32,000 nt of DNA from the NCBI GenBank assembly GCA_964496765.1, contig CAZCAP010000005.1, positions 1 through 32,000 on the forward strand, given 5' to 3'. Every line of letters begins with the position of its first letter. Position 1 is the stretch's first letter. This document shows, in pieces, positions 16,687 to 24,600 of the stretch. The position numbers and the translations under genes were made by a program. Under the pieces are notes generated by a model. It saw nothing but the letters and a program-made list of their open reading frames with translations. It had not been told where the DNA came from and ran no database searches. This DNA comes from an uncultured archaeon. GTDB taxonomy: Archaea > Iainarchaeota > Iainarchaeia > Iainarchaeales > CSSED10-239.

Positions 16687-17184
16687 TTATTCTGTTACTT
16701 CTGTTGGTGTTTCTTCCTTTTTTTGTTTTTTAATTGAGGTATGTGGCTTTTTATCTGGATTTGCTTCCTTATATATTTTTGCAGCAATTTTATCCATGTA
16801 CTTTTGCCCAGCAGGAGTAATAATTCTTCCTTTTTTATTTTCAGTAATCTTAATAAATCCTAGTTTTTCAAGATCCTGTAAAGCTGTTCTTATGATTTTA
16901 CCACCAGCTTGTCTAAAAATAGGAGGTCTTGTACCACGTCTTTTCTTTCCACCATAATAATTTCTAAGAGCGTTTACTGTTACGTGACCTTCAATGTATG
17001 TTTTTCTTAGGATAGAACCCATTCTAACATACCACCAGTCTTCTCTAACTGGAGCTCTTTCTCTATGAGAGCCTGTTTTTACATAGGCAGTAAATTCAGG
17101 AGCTTTTACTTTTTTAGTGTCCTTAAGATCTTTTGCAATTTCTTCAATTAATGTACGTGCTTGTACATCGCTAATTGTTGTCAA
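16687..17184 (-). CDS. rps19e: 30S ribosomal protein S19e
   Basis: Typical strings: VKAPEFTAYVKTGSHRERAPVREDWWYVRMGSILRKTY and YGGKKRRGTRPPIFRQAGGKIIRTALQDLEKLGFI. There is no nearby ATG. A TTG start at 17184 lies 6 nt after GAGGTGA (17197..17191). Confidence 0.92.
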   Translation of the reverse strand: MTTISDVQARTLIEEIAKDLKDTKKVKAPEFTAYVKTGSHRERAPVREDWWYVRMGSILRKTYIEGHVTVNALRNYYGGKKRRGTRPPIFRQAGGKIIRTALQDLEKLGFIKITENKKGRIITPAGQKYMDKIAAKIYKEANPDKKPHTSIKKQKKEETPTEVTE

Positions 17185-17307
17185 AGTTGTTCACCTCAAA
17201 TTTTAAATTCAAATTTTGTATTTTTTACTATAAAATAAGTTATATTTTATCTTAATATATAATATACGCATAGTTCTATTTAAATATGTTTCTTCAAGGA
17301 CTTTTCT

Positions 17308-17619
17308 TCAAATACTTATCTTCTTTACGTAATTACAGGATAAACAATGAAGTGAAACATACTTTTTTGTTTTATGATTAATTTTATTTCTTATTATTCT
17401 TGTTTTTGTGTTGTTTAGATCCCTTAGCTCATAGCAATTTTTACAAACTAGCATGTGTGTTTCCTTTGGAAATCTATAATTAATCTTTTTTGCAAGTTCA
17501 AATGCTAATTGCACATATCTCCTAATATATGGATTATTTTTTCTATTCTTTTTTTCAGAAATAGCGAAATCAATTAGGTAAGATATTTTTTTTCTAATTA
17601 CATCTTTGTTTTTTACCAT
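17308..17619 (-). CDS. rnp4: RNase P protein component 4 (Rpr2/Rpp21/Rnp4)
   Basis: N-terminal helices (IRRYVQLAFELAKKINYRFP) are followed by a zinc ribbon, CKNC...(x26)...CLSC. The ATG at 17619 is preceded by GGAG. The longer track ORF, which runs to 17694, extends into the tRNA-Gly gene. Confidence 0.8.
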   Translation of the reverse strand: MVKNKDVIRKKISYLIDFAISEKKNRKNNPYIRRYVQLAFELAKKINYRFPKETHMLVCKNCYELRDLNNTKTRIIRNKINHKTKKYVSLHCLSCNYVKKISI

Positions 17620-17653
17620 AATTTCTCCTTTCTTTAAATATTTAAAAGAGAAA

Positions 17654-17725
17654 TGCACCCGCCGAGAGTCGGACTCGGGCCGAAAGCTTGGCAAGCTCCC
17701 ATACTAACCACTATACTACAGGTGC
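17654..17725 (-). tRNA. tRNA-Gly (anticodon GCC)
   Basis: 72-nt cloverleaf. Acceptor is GCACCTG/CGGGTGC. Anticodon arm is GGAGC-TTGCCAA-GCTTT. T arm is CCGAG-TCCGACT-CTCGG. Discriminator is A. Confidence 0.92.
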
Positions 17726-17783
17726 ATTACTTGAATAATAATATAATTAACATAAAAAATGTTTATAAATGTGTTGTCTTAGC

Positions 17784-19571
17784 TTAAATGTGAGTTAAAT
17801 TTTCAACCTTCTTTTTTGGTTTAATTAACAGGAACGCAACTATCAGGATAATAAACAAAGCAAGCAGGATATATCCAGTGTATCCTCTACTGTTTGACTT
17901 TTCAAAAATTTTCATTTTATTTAAATCCCCCCAAATAGAGTTTGAATCTAAATTACTATCATTAATTGAAGACAAATTACTATCTATTGATTCATCAATA
18001 ACTTTAATTTCTTGGGTTGGATAAACAAATATGCTTTTTGAATAATCATAGTCTCCAGAAATAATTAAATCCAAAGTGCAAGAATCTATTCTACTAAATA
18101 CTTTTGTATAGGATTCTGGTTCATTTGATTGCATAATTGGAATGCTCTTGGATTCACTTGAAACAACCCCACAATAATTAAAGTCAAAATTTAAATTTTT
18201 AATTACATTTGTATGATTAACAATGTCCATAGCTAAATATAATTTATTATCCTTAAAATAAAATATTGGTGGGAGCACAAAGAATGCTTCCTGATATAGC
18301 CCATCTGTTACATATACATTTACACTACCAGTCACATCATTGAATTGATTTGCTAAAATATAACTGTAATACATAGGACTATTTAAACTTGGAAGAATAA
18401 AATGATAAATTAATTCTTTATCTTGAAAAGGATCTAAATATACTATCTCCTCACTATATCTTGGATATACTTGAGTAAATGAATCATGGGTTCTTAGAAC
18501 AACAAGTGTTGCAAGAGGATTTGCATTAGTGTTTTTAATATTTGCTTTGATTGTAAATGCACTATTTGTTTTCATATTTTCTGGAGAAGATAAATTTATG
18601 TTTAAAACATCTGAATAACCATAGTCAGCATAACTCTTCTGAGTATTAATATTAAATGATTTAATTTTTTCTTGAAAATCAATATTAACTGTGCTCATGG
18701 TTGTTAGCCTGTCTTTTATGTCTTCTGGATCCTTTGATTTAGAAACAACGACGTGACTAGCATCCACTTGCCCTACCTCTCCATAGGTTGCATCAACAGG
18801 TATCCAATCATAACCAGGAACATAGGCTTCTACCCAGGCATGTGCATCCCATGATAGAGTACTATTAGCATAGCCAGATACATATCTTGCTGGTATCCCT
18901 CTTGCTCTTAACAGGGCAGCAGTTAGATTTGCAAATTCATCACATACTCCTTTTCTTGTTGAAAGAACAGTTATTGAGTCCTCAATGCTATCTGAATAAA
19001 TAGCATCATAAACAATATTTTGATGAACCCAATTGGTTATCTCTACAATCTCAGTAATAGCATCATTGCTTGTTTTAATTGCATTTGCTAGAGAAATGAT
19101 CTCACTTCTATTTGATTGTATATTTCGTGTTGGTTCTAGATATTCATTGTTATCAGTAATTGGATTTGTTAAATCGTATTTTGTTTTTGGGAGAATGATT
19201 TTATTTTCTGCTTTAATATTTGTATTAATATGAAAATCATATTTATAGCTATCAATGGTTTCAATCTCAAAAGTTGCAATATCATTCCCATATTCATCAG
19301 TTTCAATGGTTGCAGGAATTTTTGTGCCATGGGAATCAATATAATAAACATCACGAGAAACAATCTGAGATCTTTGATTAGAAAAAATAGGAGTTGTAAA
19401 TGTAAATGAATTGTTTTCTTGATAGCTTGTAATTAGAATAGGCACAGTTAAATTAATATCAACATCTATCATTTTTGTTTTTATTGCATCAAAATTTAAT
19501 TTTTGATCAGCAAACACAGTTGATGAAAATATAATTAATAATAGTAATATCAATATCTTAAATTTTTTCAT
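17784..19571 (-). CDS. Secreted, membrane-anchored transglutaminase-like cysteine protease-fold protein
   Basis: N-terminal signal (MKKFKILILLLLIIFSSTVFA) and C-terminal TM anchor (GYILLALFIILIVAFLLI). The transglutaminase core has a Cys-His-Asp arrangement: KGVCDEFANLTAALLRARGIPARYVSGY ... DAHAWVEAYVPGYDWIPVDAT. Confidence 0.85.
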   Translation of the reverse strand: MKKFKILILLLLIIFSSTVFADQKLNFDAIKTKMIDVDINLTVPILITSYQENNSFTFTTPIFSNQRSQIVSRDVYYIDSHGTKIPATIETDEYGNDIATFEIETIDSYKYDFHINTNIKAENKIILPKTKYDLTNPITDNNEYLEPTRNIQSNRSEIISLANAIKTSNDAITEIVEITNWVHQNIVYDAIYSDSIEDSITVLSTRKGVCDEFANLTAALLRARGIPARYVSGYANSTLSWDAHAWVEAYVPGYDWIPVDATYGEVGQVDASHVVVSKSKDPEDIKDRLTTMSTVNIDFQEKIKSFNINTQKSYADYGYSDVLNINLSSPENMKTNSAFTIKANIKNTNANPLATLVVLRTHDSFTQVYPRYSEEIVYLDPFQDKELIYHFILPSLNSPMYYSYILANQFNDVTGSVNVYVTDGLYQEAFFVLPPIFYFKDNKLYLAMDIVNHTNVIKNLNFDFNYCGVVSSESKSIPIMQSNEPESYTKVFSRIDSCTLDLIISGDYDYSKSIFVYPTQEIKVIDESIDSNLSSINDSNLDSNSIWGDLNKMKIFEKSNSRGYTGYILLALFIILIVAFLLIKPKKKVENLTHI

Positions 19572-19650
19572 ATTTGTTCAAAAGTATATACAATAAAAAG
19601 ATTTTTAAAGTAAATCAATAGAATATATTTCTTAAACTAAAGTGATTACT

Positions 19651-20304
19651 ATGAAAACAAAGTATACAAACATTATTGTTATTGGAATTATATTGCTTGC
19701 AATAATTATTGGAATTTATTTCTACCCTGTGCTTCCTGATTCAATGGCAAGCCACTGGAACGGAAATGGGGTTGTTAATGGACACATGCCTAAATTCTGG
19801 GGTGTCTTTCTAATGCCTCTTATCCTCATTGGAATGTTCCTATTACTTAGGTATCTTCCAAAATTAGACCCACTCAGGAGAAATGTGGATGGTTTTATGG
19901 GACACTACAATATATTCATAATTATTTTCGCATTATTTTTATTTTATATATATGTATTAACATTATTTTTTAATATTTATACAAACGCACAAAACATGTT
20001 TATTTATTTTGCACCAGCATTTGCAATCCTGATCTACTATTGCGGTATATTAATATCCAATGCAAAAAGAAATTGGTTTATTGGAATTAGAAATCCATGG
20101 ACATTATCTTCTGATTATGTGTGGAAGGAAACACATAGACTGGGAGGAGTTTTATTTAAGTTAGTTGCAATCTTAAGTCTAGTAGGTGTATTCTTACCTC
20201 AACTTGCTATGTGGTTCATATTGATTCCCATATTAATTGCTGTTATAGGAATTATGATATATTCATATATGGTTTATAAAAAAGAGAACACAATTAAAAA
20301 ATAA
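19651..20304 (+). CDS. DUF1648 + SdpI/YhfL-family membrane protein
   Basis: The N-terminal LPDSMASHWNGNGVVNGHMPKFWG is DUF1648-like. RNWFIGIRNPWTLSSDYVWKETHRLGG matches the SdpI signature (N.w.GiR..Wtl.s...W...h). The track start at 19642 is a GTG; the first ATG is at 19651. Confidence 0.7.
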   Translation: MKTKYTNIIVIGIILLAIIIGIYFYPVLPDSMASHWNGNGVVNGHMPKFWGVFLMPLILIGMFLLLRYLPKLDPLRRNVDGFMGHYNIFIIIFALFLFYIYVLTLFFNIYTNAQNMFIYFAPAFAILIYYCGILISNAKRNWFIGIRNPWTLSSDYVWKETHRLGGVLFKLVAILSLVGVFLPQLAMWFILIPILIAVIGIMIYSYMVYKKENTIKK

Positions 20305-20306
20305 AG

Positions 20307-20388
20307 TGCAAGGGACAGGATTCGAACCTGCGAAGCACTAAGCACACGGTCCTTAGCCGTGTCCCTTTGACCGCTCGGGAACCCCTGC
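20307..20388 (-). tRNA. tRNA-Leu, class II, anticodon AAG (A34 encoded)
   Basis: 82 nt. Acceptor is GCAGGGG/CCCTTGC. The D arm CCC-GAGCGGTCAAA-GGG is typical of Leu. Anticodon arm is CACGG-CTAAGGA-CCGTG, with 5 perfect bp and a 7-nt loop, so positions 34-36 read AAG. The 13-nt variable region TGCTTAGTGCTTC has only a weak stem. T arm is GCAGG-TTCGAAT-CCTGT. Confidence 0.85.
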
Positions 20389-20484
20389 ATTAGCCTTTCT
20401 TAAGAAGAAAGCCTATGAAAAGAAACTATTTCTTTTGGATACTAGAAAATCTTAATTAAAAAAAATTAAAGAAATACGATAAAA

Positions 20485-20558
20485 GTGGTCCTAAGCGGAT
20501 TCGAACCGCTGATTCTCACCTTGTAAGGGTGATGTCATAACCGCTAGACCATAGGACC
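20485..20558 (-). tRNA. tRNA-Val (UAC) candidate with 8-nt anticodon loop
   Basis: 74 nt. Acceptor GGTCCTA/TAGGACC pairs perfectly. T arm is AGCGG-TTCGAAT-CCGCT. The anticodon stem TCACC/GGTGA is 5 perfect bp but encloses CTTACAAA, which is 8 nt rather than 7. No alternative register keeps the stem paired. Confidence 0.75.
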
Positions 20559-20729
20559 AATCTATACTTAATATAAACTTATGAACTAAAAGTAATTTAA
20601 ATATGTTGGTTTTCAAAAAACTAAAATTTTGGAAAAAGAAAAGGTTTAAATACATAATATCTTAATATATATACCTTTTAATAATAGGAGATAATAACTA
20701 AAAACTCAAAAAAAATAGGTGAGACTTAG

Positions 20730-21128
20730 ATGTTTAATAAACAATATATAACAAAACTAATTGGGGCGTTCATATTTGTATTTGGTTTGTTTTTTTTATT
20801 ACTTGCCATCACAAATATATTCAATGAAGTTGAATTCATAAAAGAATATAATCAATGTATAACAGTTGCTGATTATACTCCAGAAATACTAGATACCTGT
20901 AAAATAAATGTATCCAGCGGACTTAACATTGTAATTAGAGCTAATCAGGTTGAACTAGCAACTGGACAGTATCTAAGAGTATTCTTTTGGCAAATAATAC
21001 AAATACTATTCGCAGTAATTCTACTCATTGTTGGTGATTACATCTATCTTTCAAGAAAGAAAGAAGAAGTACCACAGCGAAAACCAATATTTGTTAAAAA
21101 GAAAACAGTAAAAAAGAAAAGAAGATAA
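20730..21128 (+). CDS. Small membrane protein (two predicted helices) with polybasic tail
   Basis: AGGTGAG lies 7 nt upstream of the ATG. Two hydrophobic segments flank a polar loop containing two Cys residues. The C-terminus is KKKTVKKKRR. I recognise no homology. Confidence 0.6.
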   Translation: MFNKQYITKLIGAFIFVFGLFFLLLAITNIFNEVEFIKEYNQCITVADYTPEILDTCKINVSSGLNIVIRANQVELATGQYLRVFFWQIIQILFAVILLIVGDYIYLSRKKEEVPQRKPIFVKKKTVKKKRR

Positions 21129-21155
21129 ATTAATCTTCTTCTCTTATCTTTTATT

Positions 21156-23045
21156 TTATTTAAGTTCATCAAATGTAACTATATTTATTTCTTTATCATT
21201 CTTAATGGATGTTTTTGGAGATACAAGGAACTTAACTCCCTTCTCCTTAGATACATCAATTAATTCATTTGATAGAGGCATGTCTGTTACAATTGCATAA
21301 ATCTTATTGGGCTTGAATCCTTCAAGCTTAGAAAGTAGATCTTCATTCTTTGAAGAACCAATTCTCCTAAACTTTTCATTTAGGATCTTGGTTTGTCCCT
21401 TATTATCCCCTTCATTAACAATTTCAGAAAGTGATTGCTTAATCTTGTCTGTTAATTTAGGAAGAACAACCTGTTTTTTAGGTTCTGTTTTTTTTGGTTT
21501 TGGTTCTTTCTCTTTAACTACTTCTTTTTCTAGGACTGGTGCATTCACTACAATTGGATCATTTATTTTTGTAGTATAGGCATCAACTTCCACAGAACTA
21601 AAATCAGTAATTTTTTTTGAATCTATAGCAGTTATCTTTTTTTCATCATAATTTGATTGTGGAGAAATTATACCAACTAATTCTTTAGGGATAGAAGTTG
21701 CGTCATCTGCTTGAATTGGTTTAGAAAAATTATTAGAATCCCTATTAAATGGTTTTCTGAAATCATCACGTTTTTGGAAACCACCATCTCTTCTTTGGAA
21801 ATTATTATCCTTTCTAAATGAATCTCTGTTTCCTGAATTATTTCTATCTCTACTGAAGTTCCCTCCACTACTACGGTTGTCTCTTCCTCCAAATCCTCTT
21901 GGACTTGCAGAAACATCTACTCTTTCAACATTTGGGATACTTGACAGTATACTATCAAATTCATTTTTTTTGAAATCATCTCTTGGTGCTGAAGAAGTAT
22001 GTTCATAGCGAGAAGGAGTGTTTTCACGATGTGGTTGATAACTACCTGCAGTTTCTTCTCTTCTTTGTCCAAATGCAAGTGGTTTTATTATTTTATGTTC
22101 ATTTGTTGCAGAAAATTTAGTTTGTTTTACTAAATTTGGAATTGAAGCTGTTGTAACAGCTGGTGTTTCATTATCTACTGGAGTTGATGTTCCTGAAACA
22201 GGACTAGGAAATCTTTGTTTGTTTAGATCAATATATCCTGCTTTAATCTTTCTTCTTAGAGCCTGATTAATTTCCTTTTGAGTTAGTTCTTCAACTTCTT
22301 TACCATCTGGTGCTCTTGAAATAAAATCAACCTTCATATACTTAAGTAATTGAGATTGTTGTATTTCTCCTCCATGATCTCCATCAAGGAAAAGAGTAAC
22401 AGTCTTACCCTTACAAATATCAGATAATGATCTTGGTATTCTTGCACCACCAGTTGAAATTACATTTGTAAAACCATACCTTAGCATGTTAATTACGTCT
22501 GCTCTTCCTTCAACAACAATAACTTCCTTACTTGAACCTATTGTTGGACCAGCAGGAAGCTTATCAGGACCATAGAGAATAATATCCTTTGTTTTAAATA
22601 ATTCCTGTATTTCGTCCATAAGCTCTTTAGTATCAGGTATCTCTTCCTGCATAACCTTACCAAGAAGCTCAATTGCTCTTTCTTTAATTTGTTTTCTTTT
22701 AAGACCTCTTGTGTCTTCAATTTGTTTAATTATAAAGAAGGTATCACATGGACCAACCTTATCAATGGTTTCTATTGCAGCACCAATTATTGCTGTTTCA
22801 ACCATGGATAGAGAACAAGGTAGTTTTAATGTTCCTGTTGTTTTATTGTTTGAATGGTTGACTGTGATTTCTATTCTTCCAATCTTTCCATTCTGTTGAA
22901 GTTCTTTTATATCAAGCTGTGATCCTAAAAGTCCTTCTGATTGTCCAAAGATAGCACCAATAACATCTGGTCTCTCTACTAATCCCTGAACCTCAAAATC
23001 CGCAACAATCAAGTATTTGATTGTTTCTAAATAGGTTTTACCCAT
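21156..23045 (-). CDS. dnaG: Archaeal DnaG-type primase / exosome-associated Toprim protein with about 250-aa disordered insertion
   Basis: The conserved archaeal DnaG N-terminus is YLIVADFEVQGLVERPDVIGAIFGQSEGLLG. The Toprim region is VIVVEGRADVINMLRYG ... TLFLDGDHGGE. The conserved C-terminal module is IYAIVTDMPLSNELIDVSKEKGVKFLVSPK. A low-complexity region at aa about 278-530 lies between Toprim and the C-terminal module. Confidence 0.9.
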   Translation of the reverse strand: MGKTYLETIKYLIVADFEVQGLVERPDVIGAIFGQSEGLLGSQLDIKELQQNGKIGRIEITVNHSNNKTTGTLKLPCSLSMVETAIIGAAIETIDKVGPCDTFFIIKQIEDTRGLKRKQIKERAIELLGKVMQEEIPDTKELMDEIQELFKTKDIILYGPDKLPAGPTIGSSKEVIVVEGRADVINMLRYGFTNVISTGGARIPRSLSDICKGKTVTLFLDGDHGGEIQQSQLLKYMKVDFISRAPDGKEVEELTQKEINQALRRKIKAGYIDLNKQRFPSPVSGTSTPVDNETPAVTTASIPNLVKQTKFSATNEHKIIKPLAFGQRREETAGSYQPHRENTPSRYEHTSSAPRDDFKKNEFDSILSSIPNVERVDVSASPRGFGGRDNRSSGGNFSRDRNNSGNRDSFRKDNNFQRRDGGFQKRDDFRKPFNRDSNNFSKPIQADDATSIPKELVGIISPQSNYDEKKITAIDSKKITDFSSVEVDAYTTKINDPIVVNAPVLEKEVVKEKEPKPKKTEPKKQVVLPKLTDKIKQSLSEIVNEGDNKGQTKILNEKFRRIGSSKNEDLLSKLEGFKPNKIYAIVTDMPLSNELIDVSKEKGVKFLVSPKTSIKNDKEINIVTFDELK

Positions 23046-23159
23046 AATTCATTCACCTGTTTAATTATATCTTGTTATTTAATCTAATGAAACAGGAATT
23101 TAATTCATATTTTAAAAATAGTTAGGTTTCAAAATAAAAATAGTATATGCATCTGGAAT

Positions 23160-23396
23160 TTATAGAATTTCAATAATCTTGTGATGACTCTTCTCACCTT
23201 TGATTATCTTTATTCCATATCCATTTTCTTTAAAAAGCTCTACTAGTCTTCTATTGGCCTTCCCATCCACAGGGATCGCCTTTAATCTGACTTTAAGCTT
23301 TTTGCCTTCAAGTAATTCAATCTCATTTTTCTTTGAATTACATATTACATTAACTTCTAAAATCTCACCTTTTTGGAAGTTAATTTTTTTTTGCAT
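23160..23396 (-). CDS. DUF167 / YggU-family protein (UPF0235)
   Basis: 78 aa. LKVRLKAIPVDGKANRRLVELFKE ... IKIIKGEKSHHKIIEI matches the YggU pattern (V.v.A.P..GKAN..l..fL...... v.i..G..sr.K.v.i). Confidence 0.75.
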   Translation of the reverse strand: MQKKINFQKGEILEVNVICNSKKNEIELLEGKKLKVRLKAIPVDGKANRRLVELFKENGYGIKIIKGEKSHHKIIEIL

Positions 23397-23609
23397 ATCA
23401 CTTTATTTTGATTAATTATAACTATTTTCAAATTATTAAATTCTGTTCTATAAAGATTTAACTTATTCCTTAAATTTTATATTTATTTTAAAAAAACAAA
23501 TAAAAATATAAACTTAATTTCCATTATTATATTATATAATGAAACAAAATGTTTATAAAATAGTGGAATAACGTATATACTATATTAGTTAAAAAGGGAA
23601 AGAGAATTT

Positions 23610-24008
23610 ATGAAAAACAAAGCAAAAGGATCAAACGCTGAAAGAGAGCTTCTTCTTATGTTCTTTAAAGAGGGATTTGGAGTATCTAGGGTTGCTGGAT
23701 CAGGTTCCTCCCAATTACCCACACCAGACATTATTGCCTGTAGGAAAGGTAGGTGTGTAGCCATTGAATGTAAGACAAAAAGTGGGGAATATTTAAATAT
23801 TAGGCCTGAACAGGTTGAAGAACTAAGAATATGGGAAGATATGGCTTCATTTCCTGCATATGTGGCCTGGAGACTAGGAAAGGATAAATGGTACTTTATT
23901 TCTCACAAAGATCTTAATAAAACAAAGAAAGCCTATTCCATAAAAAAGGAAGAAATTATGGAAAAGGGAATGGATTTTAAAGCATTTATAAACCTTCTGA
24001 CTCATTAA
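23610..24008 (+). CDS. hjc: Holliday junction resolvase Hjc
   Basis: KGSNAERELLLMFFKEGFGVSRVAGSGS...PDIIACRKGRCVAIECKT carries the archaeal Hjc nuclease motifs (E ... PD ... E-x-K). Confidence 0.9.
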   Translation: MKNKAKGSNAERELLLMFFKEGFGVSRVAGSGSSQLPTPDIIACRKGRCVAIECKTKSGEYLNIRPEQVEELRIWEDMASFPAYVAWRLGKDKWYFISHKDLNKTKKAYSIKKEEIMEKGMDFKAFINLLTH

Positions 24009-24060
24009 TATATATTAAGGTAAACTCTTTTTTTAATATTAAAAATAAGGTAGAATAAAT

Positions 24061-24198
24061 ATGTATATGGAACTTGAAGAAATCATAAATGCTCTTGAAA
24101 GAGAGGCAAAAAAAGAAAAAGGACTTAAAAATAAATGCCTCTATGATACATCAATTTCTGCTTTAAAAGAACTAAAAGATAGAAAATTAGATAAATAA
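24061..24198 (+). CDS. Possible small ORF (45 aa)
   Basis: Hand-translated: MYMELEEIINALEREAKKEKGLKNKCLYDTSISALKELKDRKLDK*. It fills an otherwise empty gap between hjc and pth2. There is no clear SD and no recognisable homology. Confidence 0.25.
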   Translation: MYMELEEIINALEREAKKEKGLKNKCLYDTSISALKELKDRKLDK

Positions 24199-24200
24199 AG

Positions 24201-24548
24201 TTATAATAATTTATATTTTGCTGTGAATTTATCAACTTCACTTTCTTTAATAGGACCTATTCCAATGCAAGTGAAATCAGGAGCTGGTAATTGAGTGTGA
24301 GCTGCATCTTTTATTAGAACAGCAGTTAATTGATTTTTCACTTCTTGAAAGAGAGCAAGTAGTTCTTCTCTTGATTCAATTTTGAGCACAACTTTTTTTT
24401 GGCCTTCATCAAGCCAGGCTTCTGCAACCTTTGGATTTCTTTTAGAAGTTAGAATGTAGGATTCAACTGCTGCATGTGAGACCTGGGCAGCAATCTTGCC
24501 TTTCCCAAGTTTCAAATCATTTCTAAAAATAATAACTTGTTTGTACAT
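24201..24548 (-). CDS. pth2: Peptidyl-tRNA hydrolase, archaeal/eukaryal type (Pth2)
   Basis: 115 aa. KQVIIFRNDLKLGKGKIAAQVSHAAV ... KVVLKIES ... IKDAAHTQLPAPDFTCIGIGP is typical of PTH2. Confidence 0.92.
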   Translation of the reverse strand: MYKQVIIFRNDLKLGKGKIAAQVSHAAVESYILTSKRNPKVAEAWLDEGQKKVVLKIESREELLALFQEVKNQLTAVLIKDAAHTQLPAPDFTCIGIGPIKESEVDKFTAKYKLL

Positions 24549-24600
24549 ATATTTTAATTGAATTCATTTATATTTGTTAAGATTTAAAAAAATAGATGAA

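Noticed and set aside
17620-17694. N-terminal 25 codons of track ORF 17308..17694 (MPSFRPESDSRRVHFSFKYLKKGEI...)
   Set aside because: This part of the ORF runs through the tRNA-Gly(GCC) gene (17654..17725). The Rpr2-like protein begins at an internal ATG (17619) that has its own GGAG.
20395-20436. Two adjacent short hairpins in the tRNA-Val/tRNA-Leu spacer: CTTTCTT-aag-AAGAAAG and AAAAGAAA-cta-TTTCTTTT
   Set aside because: The stems are real in the sequence but short, AT-rich and made of low-complexity purine and pyrimidine runs. I could not tell a terminator or processing signal from chance, so they are only mentioned under the tRNA-Val finding.
21307-22899. Short ORFs nested in dnaG (21307..21579, 21677..21916, 22538..22720, 22711..22899)
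   Set aside because: They are alternative-frame or antisense products of a conserved long gene with no start-site support.
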